Shown: positions 29,070 to 39,639, counted from the stretch's first letter. The stretch is DNA of 58,158 nucleotides from an uncultured Gemmatimonadaceae bacterium (GCA_964416095.1 CAYQCY010000006.1:1-58158), one strand, 5' to 3'. Numbers and translations are program-made. The notes: a model not told the origin generated them from the sequence alone.

Positions 29070-30737
29070 GTGACGGACGAACACGGATCGGCCCGCTCCG
29101 CCCAGAGGGTGGCAGCGGGCATCTTGTTGAGCCGCATCACCGGGCTGGTACGGGACGCGCTCATCGCCACGTTCCTGGGGCGGTCGTATGCCGCGGACGC
29201 GTTCCGGGCGGCGCTGCGCATGCCCAACGTGCTCCAGAACCTGCTGGGTGAAGGGACGTTGAGCGCGTCGTTCATCCCCGTCTACTCGGAGCTGCTGGAA
29301 CAGGGCAGGGAGGAGGAGGCCGGGCGCGTGGCCGGCGCCATCTTCGCGCTCCTCTTCGCGGTGGCCGCCGGGCTGGCGCTCCTGGGGATCCTTCTCGCGC
29401 CCGTGCTGGTCGCCGTCTTCACGCCGGGCTTCGTGGGGGAGCCCACCTACGACCTCACGGTGACGCTGGTGCGAATCATCTTCCCCATGACCGGCGTCCT
29501 GGTCCTGTCCGCGTGGTGTCTGGGCGTGCTGAACAGCCACCGCCGGTTCTTCCTTTCCTACGTTGCGCCCGTGTTCTGGAACGCCGCCATGATCGCCGGG
29601 ATGCTGCTGTACGGCTTCCGGGTCGACCAGCCGTCCCTGGCCGAGGTGCTGGCCTGGTCCGCCCTCGCCGGCGGCGTGCTCCAGTTCGGGGTCCAGCTCC
29701 CGGGCGTGATCCGGCTGGAACGGTCCCTTCGCATCCGGTGGGACCTGAAGCGGGAGGGGGTGCGCACGACGGTGCGAAACGCCGGGCCGGCCATCGCGGG
29801 GCGGGGCGTCGTGCAGATCAGCAGCTGGGTCGATCTCTTCCTGGCGTCCCTCCTCGCCACGGGCGCGGTGGCGACGCTCGGCTACGCGCAGCCGCTCTAC
29901 ATGCTTCCGGTGAGCCTGTTCGGAATGTCGGTGGCCGCCGCCGAGCTGCCGGAGCTGTCGCGCCAGCGGGCGGTGGCCCGGGCGCTGCGGGACCGGGTGA
30001 ATCAGGGGCTGGAGCGCATGGCCTTCTTCATCGTCCCGTCCGTGGTGGCGTTGCTGGCGCTGGGCGATGTGCTGGTGGCGGCGCTGTACGAGCGGCGCGA
30101 ATTCGCCCGACCGGACACGCTCCTCGTGTACGTCGTCCTGGCCGGCTACGCCGTGGGACTCATGGCATCCACGGGGACGCGCCTGTTCTCGTCCGCGTAC
30201 TTCGCCCTCCACGACACGAAGACGCCGGCCCGGACCGCGTTCGTGCGAGTCCTCGTGTCGGCGGCGCTCGGCTTGATCCTCATGGCTCAACTGGGCTCCA
30301 TCTCGACGCCGGCCATCACCCTCGGAGGAGTGCACGTTCCTGCAGCGACCTTCGGCCCGTACGGGTTCGGGCTGTGGTCGGATCCGTCGGTGGCGGGCCA
30401 GGCGCTGGGTCCCCTGGGGCTCTCCCTCGCCGCCGGGATCGCGGCCTGGGTGGAATGGACCATTCTGCGGCGGCGCCTGTCGGCGCGGATCGGCCCCGTG
30501 GCGCCGCCCTCCGGCCCGGTGGCACGGATGGCCGTGGCCGCCATCGCGGCTGCGCTGACCGCCCGGGGGCTCCTGGCGCTGCTCCCGGCCCTGCGGGGCA
30601 TCGGGCTCGGGGTCGGGCTGGACCGGATCGTGGAGGCGCTGGTGGCGGTGGCGGGCTTCGGCGTGGTGTACTACGGTCTCGGGGCGGCCCTGGGCCTGGA
30701 GGAGGCACGGCGTATGCTGCGTCTCTCCGAGCGCTGA
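29070..30737 (+). CDS. murJ: Lipid II flippase MurJ (MviN)
   Basis: SRITGLVRD; ADAF..ALRMPN; GEGTLSASFIP; LPELS; FALHDTKTP. Confidence 0.95.
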   Translation: MTDEHGSARSAQRVAAGILLSRITGLVRDALIATFLGRSYAADAFRAALRMPNVLQNLLGEGTLSASFIPVYSELLEQGREEEAGRVAGAIFALLFAVAAGLALLGILLAPVLVAVFTPGFVGEPTYDLTVTLVRIIFPMTGVLVLSAWCLGVLNSHRRFFLSYVAPVFWNAAMIAGMLLYGFRVDQPSLAEVLAWSALAGGVLQFGVQLPGVIRLERSLRIRWDLKREGVRTTVRNAGPAIAGRGVVQISSWVDLFLASLLATGAVATLGYAQPLYMLPVSLFGMSVAAAELPELSRQRAVARALRDRVNQGLERMAFFIVPSVVALLALGDVLVAALYERREFARPDTLLVYVVLAGYAVGLMASTGTRLFSSAYFALHDTKTPARTAFVRVLVSAALGLILMAQLGSISTPAITLGGVHVPAATFGPYGFGLWSDPSVAGQALGPLGLSLAAGIAAWVEWTILRRRLSARIGPVAPPSGPVARMAVAAIAAALTARGLLALLPALRGIGLGVGLDRIVEALVAVAGFGVVYYGLGAALGLEEARRMLRLSER

Positions 30738-30803
30738 TCGCCGGAACGCGGCGCGCCGCAAGGGTATACGTACGGTGACGATGTCCCACTTCACCTTCAG
30801 CAA

Positions 30804-32636
30804 TTGTTGAACGACACCCTCCGCAAGAAGGTCGAGCACCTGCCCACGGGGCCCGGGATCTACATGTTCCGGGACGCGGCGGGAGAGTTGCTGTACATCG
30901 GAAAGGCGAAATCGTTGCGATCGCGGGTACGCAGCCACTTCAGCCAGGACCCGGCGTCCTCTCTCAAGAACCGGGAAATGATCCGCCGGGTGGCGGACGT
31001 GGAAACCATGGTGGTGGGCTCGGAGGCGGAGGCGCTGCTCCTGGAAGCGAACCTGATCAAGGAGCACGGTCCCCGCTTCAACATCCAGCTCCGGGACGAC
31101 AAGAAGTACCCGTACATCAAGGTGACGGTGCAGGAGCCGTTTCCACGGGTGTACGTCACGCGGAACCTGCGCAACGACGGGGCCCGGTACTTCGGTCCGT
31201 ACACGGAGGTGGGGCTCATGCGCCAGGCGCTCGAGGTCGTGAAGCGAGCGTACACGGTGCGGAGCTGTCGCTACGATCTGCCGGACGAGGCGCCGGACCG
31301 TCCGTGCCTGGACTACCACATCGGCCGATGCAAAGCGCCGTGCGTGGGGCTTCAGGACCGGGCCGACTACCGGGCCATGATCGATGAGATCCTGGAGGTG
31401 TTGAACGGGCGGACCGGCGCGGTGCGGGCGCGTGTGGAGGCAGAGATGGACGAGGCGGCACGGGACCTGGATTTCGAGCGTGCCGCTGCTCGCCGGGACG
31501 TGCTGGCAGGCCTGCGCTCGATCGAGCGGCGCCAACGGGCCATGGATGTCCGCGGCGGCGACCAGGACGTGGTGGGCGTGGCGCAGGACGGGGAGGTGGC
31601 GTGCGCCGTGCTTCTCCGCATCCGCGACGGCAGGCTGCTGGGCCGGGAGGTGGACCAGTTCGAAAACCTTGCCGCGGAGGATCAGGACGCACTTCTTTCG
31701 GCGGTGGCCACCCGATTCTACCTGGGGCGAGGCGAGCACGGCACGGCCGATCTCCCGGCCGAGATCCTGTTCCCGTGGGACTTCGAGGACCGGGATGTGC
31801 TGGAGGGGATGCTGAACGACGCAGCGCGGCGACGCCTCCGGACCCACGTGCCGCAGCGCGGCGACAAGCGGCGGCTCGTGGAGCTGGCGGCCCAGAACGC
31901 CCGCCACATGCTGGAGGAGCGGACGGTCCTGGACGAGGCCACCCGGTCCCGGGCCGACGATGTCCTGTACGAGCTGCAGGAGGCCCTCGAGCTGAAGGTG
32001 GTGCCTCGCATGATCGTCTGCTTCGACATCTCCCACACCCAGGGCGCCGAGCTGGTGGGAAGCGCGGTGGTCTTCGAGAACGGCGAGCCGGACAAGGATG
32101 AGTACCGGCGATTCCGGGTGCGGGGGGACTGGGGCAACGACGACTACCGCTCCATGGCCGAGGTGGTGGGCAGGTACATGCGGCGCCGGCTCGACGAAGA
32201 CCGGCACGTGCCCGAGCTGGCCGTCATCGACGGCGGCAAGGGCCAGCTCTCGGCTGCCGTGGCCGCGGCCCGGGACGCCGGCGCCCGGGACGTAGCCTTC
32301 TGCGCCCTGGCCAAGCGGGAGGAGGAGGTGTTCGTGCCCGGCCGGTCGAGCCCCATCGCGCTGGCCCGGTCGAGCCCCGCGGCACGGCTGCTCCAGCGAG
32401 TGCGGAACGAGGCGCACCGGTTCGCCGTGAGCTACAACCGGACGTTGCGCAAGCGGCGCACGCTGGCCAGCGAGCTTGCGGAGATCCCGGGGATCGGGCC
32501 ACACCGCCAGCAGGCGCTCCTGACCCATTTCGGCAGCGTACGGGCTATCCGGGAGGCGTCTCCGGCCGACATCGCCGCCGTTCCCGGGTTCTCGGACACG
32601 CTGGCCCACAAGATCCTCGAACATCTGGGGGCATGA
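30804..32636 (+). CDS. uvrC: Excinuclease ABC subunit C
   Basis: GIY-YIG domain (PGIY...YIGKAKSLRSRV); CFDISH; IDGGKGQ; RNEAHRFA; HhH repeats. Confidence 0.97.
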   Translation: MLNDTLRKKVEHLPTGPGIYMFRDAAGELLYIGKAKSLRSRVRSHFSQDPASSLKNREMIRRVADVETMVVGSEAEALLLEANLIKEHGPRFNIQLRDDKKYPYIKVTVQEPFPRVYVTRNLRNDGARYFGPYTEVGLMRQALEVVKRAYTVRSCRYDLPDEAPDRPCLDYHIGRCKAPCVGLQDRADYRAMIDEILEVLNGRTGAVRARVEAEMDEAARDLDFERAAARRDVLAGLRSIERRQRAMDVRGGDQDVVGVAQDGEVACAVLLRIRDGRLLGREVDQFENLAAEDQDALLSAVATRFYLGRGEHGTADLPAEILFPWDFEDRDVLEGMLNDAARRRLRTHVPQRGDKRRLVELAAQNARHMLEERTVLDEATRSRADDVLYELQEALELKVVPRMIVCFDISHTQGAELVGSAVVFENGEPDKDEYRRFRVRGDWGNDDYRSMAEVVGRYMRRRLDEDRHVPELAVIDGGKGQLSAAVAAARDAGARDVAFCALAKREEEVFVPGRSSPIALARSSPAARLLQRVRNEAHRFAVSYNRTLRKRRTLASELAEIPGIGPHRQQALLTHFGSVRAIREASPADIAAVPGFSDTLAHKILEHLGA

Positions 32637-34099
32637 CGGTCCGGACACGGTTCGCTCCGAGCCCCACCGGCACGCTCCACGTGGGCAACGCACGCATCGC
32701 CGTGCTCAACTGGCTCTTCGCCCGGCACCACGACGGCGCCTTCGTCCTCCGAGTCGAGGACACGGACGTGGAACGCAACGTAGAGGGCGCCGAAGAGGCC
32801 ATCTTCCAGGACCTGCGCTGGCTCGGCCTGGACTGGGACGAAGGGCCCGACGTGGGTGGTTCCTTCGGCCCGTATCGCCAGAGCCGGCGCCTGGAGCTGT
32901 ATCAGGACTCGGCGTACGGGCTCGTGGATGACAACCTCGCCTATCCTTGCTACTGCACGCGGAACGAGCTGGAGAAACGGCGACGGCAAGCCCTGGCGGA
33001 GGGCCGACCGCCCCACTACGACGGGACCTGCCGCACCCTCACGCGCCTGGCCAGAGCCCGGCTCCAGGCCGAGGGACGGAAGGCCGCCATCCGCTTCCGC
33101 GTCGAGGAAGGTGCCCCTGTCGTCGTGCGGGACGCGGTGCGCGGCGAGGTCCGCTTCGACCGGTCCGAGATCGGCGATTTCGTCATCCTGCGCTCCGACG
33201 GCGTGCCCACGTACAACTTCGCCGTCGTGGTCGACGACGCGGCCATGCGGATCAGCCACGTCATCCGGGGGGCCGGACACCTGTCGAACACCCCGCGCCA
33301 GGCCCTGGTCTTCGATGCCCTGGGCAAGGCCAGGCCCATCTTCGTTCACGTGCCCACCGTGCTGGGACCCGACCGACGCAAGCTGTCCAAACGGCACGGC
33401 GCCCCGGGCCTCGCCGCGTACAGGACCGAGGGGTACCACCCCGACGCGCTGGTCAACTACCTGTCCCTGCTGGCGTGGTCCAGCCCGTCCGGGGACGAGT
33501 TCCTGGAGCGCGACCGGCTGATCCGGGAGATCGGCCTCGACCGCATCGGGGCCGCCGACGTGGTCTTCGACCCGGACAAGCTGCGATGGCTCTCCGGGCG
33601 CCATATCAGCGCCATGCCCCTGGAGGGTGACACCCTGGACGACCCGGACGGCCTCACCGGCGCGCTCCTGCCCTTCATGACACCGGAAACCCGGAACGCC
33701 CTGGGCGACCAGCTACCCGTGGCGATCGGCGCCGTGCGCAGCCACCTCACCACGTTCTCCGAGATCGAGTCCCTGCTGCACCCGTTCCTCCCCGGCGACG
33801 GGAAGCGTCGCACGGCCCGTCGCGCCCTGGCCGCCGATGACGAGGCCCGTCCCGTCCTCCACGCCGTGCGAGAAGCCCTCGCCGGACTCGATGACTGGAG
33901 CCCGACCACCATCAAGGGCGCCATCCGAGCCGCCGGCGTCGAGGCCGGAGCCCGGGGTCCGGCCCTGTACGTGCCGGTCCGACGCGCCGTGACCGGGGAG
34001 GAGCACGGACCACCCCTCGACGCTATCCTCGCCGTCCAGGGGCGCGAGGCCGTCCTGGACGCCTTGCGTGAAGCCCTCCCGGCGGACGGTCCGGAATGA
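32633..34099 (+). CDS. gltX: Glutamate--tRNA ligase
   Basis: RTRFAPSPTG.LHVGN; LRVEDTD; KLSKR; anticodon-binding C-terminal domain. Confidence 0.93.
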   Translation: MTVRTRFAPSPTGTLHVGNARIAVLNWLFARHHDGAFVLRVEDTDVERNVEGAEEAIFQDLRWLGLDWDEGPDVGGSFGPYRQSRRLELYQDSAYGLVDDNLAYPCYCTRNELEKRRRQALAEGRPPHYDGTCRTLTRLARARLQAEGRKAAIRFRVEEGAPVVVRDAVRGEVRFDRSEIGDFVILRSDGVPTYNFAVVVDDAAMRISHVIRGAGHLSNTPRQALVFDALGKARPIFVHVPTVLGPDRRKLSKRHGAPGLAAYRTEGYHPDALVNYLSLLAWSSPSGDEFLERDRLIREIGLDRIGAADVVFDPDKLRWLSGRHISAMPLEGDTLDDPDGLTGALLPFMTPETRNALGDQLPVAIGAVRSHLTTFSEIESLLHPFLPGDGKRRTARRALAADDEARPVLHAVREALAGLDDWSPTTIKGAIRAAGVEAGARGPALYVPVRRAVTGEEHGPPLDAILAVQGREAVLDALREALPADGPE

Positions 34100-34125
34100 C
34101 GCGTGGACGGAGGCCGCACGGCGGT

Positions 34126-34154
34126 TTGACGATCTGCGGGGGGCGGGGTAACTT
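34126..34154 (+). promoter_or_regulatory. sigma70-type promoter for larC
   Basis: TTGACG-17 bp-TAACTT. Confidence 0.6.
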
Positions 34155-34181
34155 TAATGTTCACATGCATCGGACGGCAGC

Positions 34182-35348
34182 ATGCACGGGCTGATCTTCG
34201 ACCCGTTCGCCGGGATCAGCGGGGACATGACCCTGGGCGCGCTCGTCGACCTGTCGGGCCGGGACGACTGGCTGCGGGACACGGCGGCGGCCACGGGGCT
34301 GAAGGTGGACGTCACGGTAGACGCCGTCAAACGGTGCGGCATTGCCGGTCACCAGGTCCGGTTCGAGGTTCCCGAGGGGCAACCGGAGCGGCACCTGGCG
34401 GACGTCCTGGAGATCATCGACGGGACGGGTGCGCCTGAAGCGGTGCGGGCGCTGGCCGGGCGAATCTTCGAGCGGCTGGCGGAGGCGGAAGGCGCGGTTC
34501 ACGGAGTGGATCCGGGGACCGTGCATTTCCACGAAGTCGGGGCGGTGGATTCGATCCTGGACGTGCTGTGCGTGGTGGCGGGGCTGCGGGAGCTGGGGTA
34601 CGACGCGCTGTACACCCGTCCCGTGACGGTGGGACGGGGCACCGTGGAGATGGCACACGGCCGTTACCCGTTGCCGGCACCGGCGACGGCGCGCCTGCTG
34701 GAGGGGTTGGAGGTGCGGGACCCGGGGTTCGAGGGCGAGTGCACGACGCCTACGGGTGCGGCGTTGCTGGCGACACTGACGGGTGGGGCCCGTGCGCCGG
34801 TGGAGGTGATGCTGGGTCGGAGCGGGTACGGCGCCGGCCAGCGGGACCCGGCGGACCGGCCGAATTGCCTGCGTCTGCTGGAATGCGAGGCGGCACCGAG
34901 CGCCGAGCCGCTGGTCATGGTGCAGACGGACGTGGATGACATGCCGGCGGAGTACGCCGTTGCGGTGCAGGAAGCGGCCATGGCGGCCGGTGCGGTGGAC
35001 GCCGTGGTGGCGCCGGTGGGTATGAAGAAGGGGCGGCAGGGTCTCCGACTGGAGGCGCTGGCGCCGTTGGGTGCGCTGGATGCGGTGCTGGGCGCGGTCT
35101 TTGCGTCCTCGAGCACCATCGGGGTGCGGTACTGGCCCGTACAGCGTGTCGCGTTGCCGCGGGAAGAGGAGGTGGTGTGGTGGCGCGGGCAGGAGATCCG
35201 GTGCAAGCGGGTTCGCCTCCGAGACGGCAGGGAACGCGTGAAGCCGGACTACGAGGACGTGGTAAGGGCGGCGCGGGCCCTCGGGCTGGCGCCGTACGAG
35301 ACTCGCCTGGCGCTGGAGCGGGAGCTGTCCGGGGCCCGGGCGGACTAG
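34182..35348 (+). CDS. larC: LarC (DUF111) nickel insertion protein
   Basis: GISGDMTLGALVD; HFHEVGAVDSI; PAPAT; TPTGAA; GYGAG; MKKGR; TIGVR; KPDYED. Confidence 0.92.
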   Translation: MHGLIFDPFAGISGDMTLGALVDLSGRDDWLRDTAAATGLKVDVTVDAVKRCGIAGHQVRFEVPEGQPERHLADVLEIIDGTGAPEAVRALAGRIFERLAEAEGAVHGVDPGTVHFHEVGAVDSILDVLCVVAGLRELGYDALYTRPVTVGRGTVEMAHGRYPLPAPATARLLEGLEVRDPGFEGECTTPTGAALLATLTGGARAPVEVMLGRSGYGAGQRDPADRPNCLRLLECEAAPSAEPLVMVQTDVDDMPAEYAVAVQEAAMAAGAVDAVVAPVGMKKGRQGLRLEALAPLGALDAVLGAVFASSSTIGVRYWPVQRVALPREEEVVWWRGQEIRCKRVRLRDGRERVKPDYEDVVRAARALGLAPYETRLALERELSGARAD

Positions 35349-35388
35349 CGAGAGCAACGGGATCATTCCCCACATCCATGGAGGACGG

Positions 35389-36876
35389 ATGAACCGGATT
35401 GGCGCGGGCATCCTTGTCGCCCTGACCGTCGGCGTTGCGGGGTGCGCGACGGCGGGCGGTGGCGGCACGACCGAAGAGGGGTACGTCCGGCCGAGCGACA
35501 ACACCGAGACGCGGACGGCGGCGCTCTTCCTGGCACGTGCGGTGCCGGCGGAGGGCGAGGAGGCCACGCAGCTGTACCAGCAGGCGCTCGAGGCATCGCT
35601 TGCGGCCATCGAGGCGGACCCGGAGAACCCGAAGGGGTACTACCTGGCCGGGCAGGCGAGCGCGGGGGTCGGCGAGTTCATCGCGGCGGACACCCTCTTC
35701 GACAAGGCGGAGGAGCTCTACCCGCCGTACGAGGAGCAGACCGAGATCGACCGGGAGCAGGCGTGGATCATGGCCTACAACGGCGGCGTCGAGGCGGTCA
35801 ACGCCGGCGACGTGGACCGCGCGGGCGAGCTGTTCGCGGCGGCGGATCGCCTGTACCGGGGTCGTCCGGAAGCCCTGATGAACCTGGCGTGGGTCCATCT
35901 GCAGAACGACGACCAGGACGCGGCCGTGGAGGCGTACGAGCAGGCGCTCATGATCATGCAGAGCCCTGCCCGGGACTCGTTGGACGAAGAGCAACTGGCC
36001 CAGTGGCAGGACTCGGAGCAGCTGGCCACGAACAACATGACCCAGCTCCTGGCCCGGTCGGGCCAGTACGAGCGGGCCGCCGAGGTGCTGCGGAATTACC
36101 TGGAGTACAATCCGGGCGACATCAGCTTCCAGATCAACCTGGCCGAGATGCTGAGCCGGTCCGGCAGCACGGCGGAGGCGGAGGAGATCTACAACCGGTT
36201 GCTGGGACGGGAGGACCTGGGATTCGACGAGTATTTCCAGATCGGGATCGGCTTCTTCAACGCGGAGCGGTACGGGCAGGCGGCCGACGCCTTCGCCCAC
36301 GCCACGGAGCTGAACCTGTACAGCCGCGATGCCTGGTACAACCTGGTGCAGGGCCGGTATTCGGAGGCCCAGGAGCTGGAGAGCGACAAGGAGGAGGAGG
36401 GCGCGGACGCCGAGGCCATCAACCAGCGGTTGACCGACGCGTACCGGCAGATCGTGGACGGGGGGTACCGGGTCCTGGACTTCGACCCGGCGAACCGCAA
36501 CATCCTGACGTTCATCGCCCGGGCGTACCGGGGTCTGGCGGATCTCACCGGCCAGGAGAGCTCGGAGGAGCTGGCCCAGAACGTCCGGGAGGTGCTGCGC
36601 CGGTACGAGAACGCGGTCATCGAGATGATCGACATCCGGACCCAGGGCGGCGTGGACAACCCGCCGGTCCAGGTCCGGGGCACGTTCCAGAACATCGCGC
36701 TGGACGAGGGCACCGCGGTGCGGATCAACTTCACGCTCCTCAGCGACCAGGGGGAGGACGTCGGCTCGACGACCATCGAGGTGACGGCCCCGGCGAAGGA
36801 TTCCCAGCGTAGCTTCTCGGGCACGCTCGAGCCTACTGCGGATTTCGACGGTTGGAAGTACGAAGTGATGCGGTAA
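35389..36876 (+). CDS. TPR-repeat lipoprotein with C-terminal beta-rich domain
   Basis: Lipobox VAGC; multiple TPR-like helical repeats; GGAGG SD. Confidence 0.8.
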   Translation: MNRIGAGILVALTVGVAGCATAGGGGTTEEGYVRPSDNTETRTAALFLARAVPAEGEEATQLYQQALEASLAAIEADPENPKGYYLAGQASAGVGEFIAADTLFDKAEELYPPYEEQTEIDREQAWIMAYNGGVEAVNAGDVDRAGELFAAADRLYRGRPEALMNLAWVHLQNDDQDAAVEAYEQALMIMQSPARDSLDEEQLAQWQDSEQLATNNMTQLLARSGQYERAAEVLRNYLEYNPGDISFQINLAEMLSRSGSTAEAEEIYNRLLGREDLGFDEYFQIGIGFFNAERYGQAADAFAHATELNLYSRDAWYNLVQGRYSEAQELESDKEEEGADAEAINQRLTDAYRQIVDGGYRVLDFDPANRNILTFIARAYRGLADLTGQESSEELAQNVREVLRRYENAVIEMIDIRTQGGVDNPPVQVRGTFQNIALDEGTAVRINFTLLSDQGEDVGSTTIEVTAPAKDSQRSFSGTLEPTADFDGWKYEVMR

Positions 36877-36903
36877 GCACGGGTGGAGGCCGCCCGCGAC
36901 CAC

Positions 36904-36933
36904 GAGGGGGTCGGCCGTACGGTCGACCCCCTC
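36904..36933 (+). terminator. Strong hairpin after the TPR lipoprotein gene (terminator-like, no U-tract)
   Basis: GAGGGGGTCGGCCG-TA-CGGTCGACCCCCTC inverted repeat. Confidence 0.5.
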
Positions 36934-36949
36934 ATCGTGGCAGGCCTGC

Positions 36950-36978
36950 TTGAATGCCCTGGAAGTTCTGGCTATACT
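36950..36978 (+). promoter_or_regulatory. sigma70-type promoter for the DUF512-der operon
   Basis: TTGAAT-17 bp-TATACT. Confidence 0.65.
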
Positions 36979-37036
36979 TGCATTTGCGGGAGTCGAAACG
37001 GGGCGGTCGTGTGGCCGCCCCGCCGTCTTGAGGGCC

Positions 37037-38317
37037 ATGATCACCATTGCGGACATTCAACCCGGGAGCATTGCCGAGGAGCTGGAGCTCCGCATCGGCA
37101 GCCGGATCGTGCGCATCAACGGCGCGCCGGTGCGGGACAGCATCGACTTCCGCTTCATGGAGGTGGACGGTGTCTTGGAGGTGGAGGTCGCGGCGGACGG
37201 TGGCGGCGGCATGGTGTACGACGTCGAGAAGCCCGAGGGCACGGGGCTGGGCGTCGTGCCGGCACCGGACACGGTCCGCGAATGCGCCAACAAGTGCGTC
37301 TTCTGTTTCATCGACGGCAACCCGCCGGGGGTGCGGCAGTCCCTCTACCTTCGAGACGACGACTTCCGGCTGTCCTTCACCTACGGCAGCTACGTCACGC
37401 TGACGAACCTGGGCCCGAAAGGGTTCCAGCGCCTCATCGACCAGCGCCTGTCCCCGCTGTACGTGAGCGTCCACGCCACCGAGCCGGAGGTGCGGGAGCG
37501 CCTGCTGGGCGTGCCCCGGGGCGGGGACATCGTGGAGCGGCTGGAGCGACTGACCGGCGCCGGGATCGAGGTGCACACGCAGGTGGTGGTCTGTCCCGGT
37601 TGGAACGACGGTGTCCGCCTGGACCGGACGCTGGCGGACCTGGAAGCGCTGGGACCCGGAGTCCTGTCCGTCTCCGTGGTACCCGTGGGTCTGACACGCT
37701 ACAACCTGGCCCGGCCGGTCCGGCTGCTCACACGCACGGAAGCGGCGGCGGCGCTGGAGCAGGTGGATGCTGCGCGGAGGCGAGCCCGCCGGGACCGGGG
37801 TATCGGTTGGGCGTACGCCGCCGACGAGCTCTTCCTGGCCGCCGGTCGGGCGGTGCCCGGAGCGGAGTACTACGATGACTGGCCGCTGACCGAGAACGGG
37901 GTCGGCGCGGTGCGGGCGTTCCTCGACGATGCGACGCGGCTGGCGAGGACGCCTTCCGCGCTCCCGCGCCTGGCCGGCCGGAAGGTGGTCATCGTGACCG
38001 GAACGCGCATGGCGCCTGTCATCCGACCCTTCACGGACATGCTGTCCCGGGCCACCGGCGGTGACTTCCAGGTGCTCGCCGTGGAGAACGGCCTGTTCGG
38101 CGAGACGGTGACCACCGCGGGGCTCCTGCCGGGAGCCGACATTGTGGAGACGGTAGGAAGCGCGGGGATTCCGGACGTCCTGCTCGTCCCGGCGGAAGCC
38201 CTGAACGACGACGGGCTCTTCATCGACAGCATGCCGCTGGCCGAGCTCGAGGAGAGGCTGGCTCCGGCCCGGGTCGTCCCGGGCCACGCCCTCACGTCCA
38301 CCCTGAGCGCCCTGTGA
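37037..38317 (+). CDS. DUF512 family protein (PDZ plus radical-SAM-like Fe-S domain)
   Basis: N-terminal PDZ; CANKCVFCF CxxxCxxC; DDDFRLSFTYGSYVTLTN; ENGVG. Confidence 0.88.
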   Translation: MITIADIQPGSIAEELELRIGSRIVRINGAPVRDSIDFRFMEVDGVLEVEVAADGGGGMVYDVEKPEGTGLGVVPAPDTVRECANKCVFCFIDGNPPGVRQSLYLRDDDFRLSFTYGSYVTLTNLGPKGFQRLIDQRLSPLYVSVHATEPEVRERLLGVPRGGDIVERLERLTGAGIEVHTQVVVCPGWNDGVRLDRTLADLEALGPGVLSVSVVPVGLTRYNLARPVRLLTRTEAAAALEQVDAARRRARRDRGIGWAYAADELFLAAGRAVPGAEYYDDWPLTENGVGAVRAFLDDATRLARTPSALPRLAGRKVVIVTGTRMAPVIRPFTDMLSRATGGDFQVLAVENGLFGETVTTAGLLPGADIVETVGSAGIPDVLLVPAEALNDDGLFIDSMPLAELEERLAPARVVPGHALTSTLSAL

Positions 38318-39639
38318 CGCGCCCGCTCCCCGCCGTCGCCATCGTGGGCCGGCCGAATGTGGGGAAGTCGACCCTGTTCAACCGCATCGTCGGAGGCCGG
38401 GTGGCCATCGTGGACGACCGGCCCGGGGTGACCCGCGACCGGAACTTCGCCCGGGCGAGCTGGGCGGGCCGGTCGTTTTTCGTGGTGGACACGGGCGGGC
38501 TCGACGTCATCACCTCGGAACCTCTGGCGGTGGCGATCCGCCGCCAGGTGGAGGCGGCGGTGGACGAGGCGCAGGTCCTGGTGTTCGTGGTGGACGGCCG
38601 GGCTGGTCCCCACCCCCTCGACGAGCGCGTGGCGGACCTGCTCCGGGAAACGGGGCGCCCCGTGGTGCTGGCCGTCAACAAGATGGACCGTCTTCCGGAC
38701 GAGACCGCGCATCACGAGTTCTGGGAGTTCGGCCTCGGCGAGCCGGTCCCGGTGAGCGCCGCGTCGGGGAAGGGGTCCGGAGACCTGCTGGACGCCATCG
38801 TGGCGGAGCTGGGACCGACGCCGGAGCCGGCGGAGGAGGAAGTGCTCAACGTGGCGGTCATCGGCAAGCCGAACGTGGGCAAGTCCAGCTTCATCAACCG
38901 TCTGCTGGGCGAGGAACGACTGGTGGTGAACGAGGAGGCGGGGACCACGCGGGACAGCGTGGACACGCCGTTTCGCTACCACGGTCAAAGCCTGAACTTC
39001 GTGGATACGGCGGGGCTCAGGCGCCAGTCGCGCATCCACGAGAGCCTGGAGTACTACGCGGCGCTACGCACCGAGCGGGCCGTGGAGCGGGCCGACGTGT
39101 GCCTGCTGCTGGTGAACGCCACCGAGCCCGTCCACATCCAGGACCTGAAGATCGCGGAGAAGGCATGGGACGCCGGCTGCGGTCTCATCGTCGTGGCCAA
39201 CAAGTGGGACCTGGTGGAGAAGGAGCAGGACACGGCGGCCGTCTTCGAGCGCGCGTTCCGGGACCGGGCGCCGGACCTGGCCTGGGCACCCCTCGTTTTC
39301 GCATCCGCGCTCACGGGACAGCGGGTGCGGCGCACGCTGGACATGGTGCTGGAGGTCCAGGCAGAACGGCTGCGGCGCATCCCGACCTCGGAGGTCACCA
39401 AAGCGGTGCGTGAACTGGCGGAACGGACCCCCCCGCCGCATTATCGAGGACGCCCGGTACGGTTCCTGTACGCCACGCAGGCCGCCACCGCTCCACCGAC
39501 CTTCGTGTTCTTCGTGAATGCTCGGGACGGGGTCACGAAGAACTACCGACGGTTCCTGCGCAACAGCTTCAGGGAGCGGTGGGGCTTCGTGGGGAGCCCG
39601 ATCCGCTTCCGGTTCCGGAGTCGAAAGGAGCGGCAGTGA
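38314..39639 (+). CDS. der: Ribosome biogenesis GTPase Der (EngA)
   Basis: Two GTPase domains ([19 protein letters not shown]; DTGG / DTAG); KH-like tail. Confidence 0.97.
   Translation: MTRPLPAVAIVGRPNVGKSTLFNRIVGGRVAIVDDRPGVTRDRNFARASWAGRSFFVVDTGGLDVITSEPLAVAIRRQVEAAVDEAQVLVFVVDGRAGPHPLDERVADLLRETGRPVVLAVNKMDRLPDETAHHEFWEFGLGEPVPVSAASGKGSGDLLDAIVAELGPTPEPAEEEVLNVAVIGKPNVGKSSFINRLLGEERLVVNEEAGTTRDSVDTPFRYHGQSLNFVDTAGLRRQSRIHESLEYYAALRTERAVERADVCLLLVNATEPVHIQDLKIAEKAWDAGCGLIVVANKWDLVEKEQDTAAVFERAFRDRAPDLAWAPLVFASALTGQRVRRTLDMVLEVQAERLRRIPTSEVTKAVRELAERTPPPHYRGRPVRFLYATQAATAPPTFVFFVNARDGVTKNYRRFLRNSFRERWGFVGSPIRFRFRSRKERQ

Noticed and set aside
670-29310. GGGNAGGG (KOPS-like) octamers on the + strand, for example at 670 and 29303
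   Set aside because: Expected by chance in G-rich high-GC DNA. I could not count both strands reliably, so they are not used as evidence for dif.
28803-32693. 1296-aa minus-strand ORF, and many other long antisense or alternate-frame ORFs
   Set aside because: These are shadows of murJ, uvrC and other clear + strand genes. High-GC codon bias suppresses stops, and the translations are Arg/Pro/Gly-rich with no motifs.
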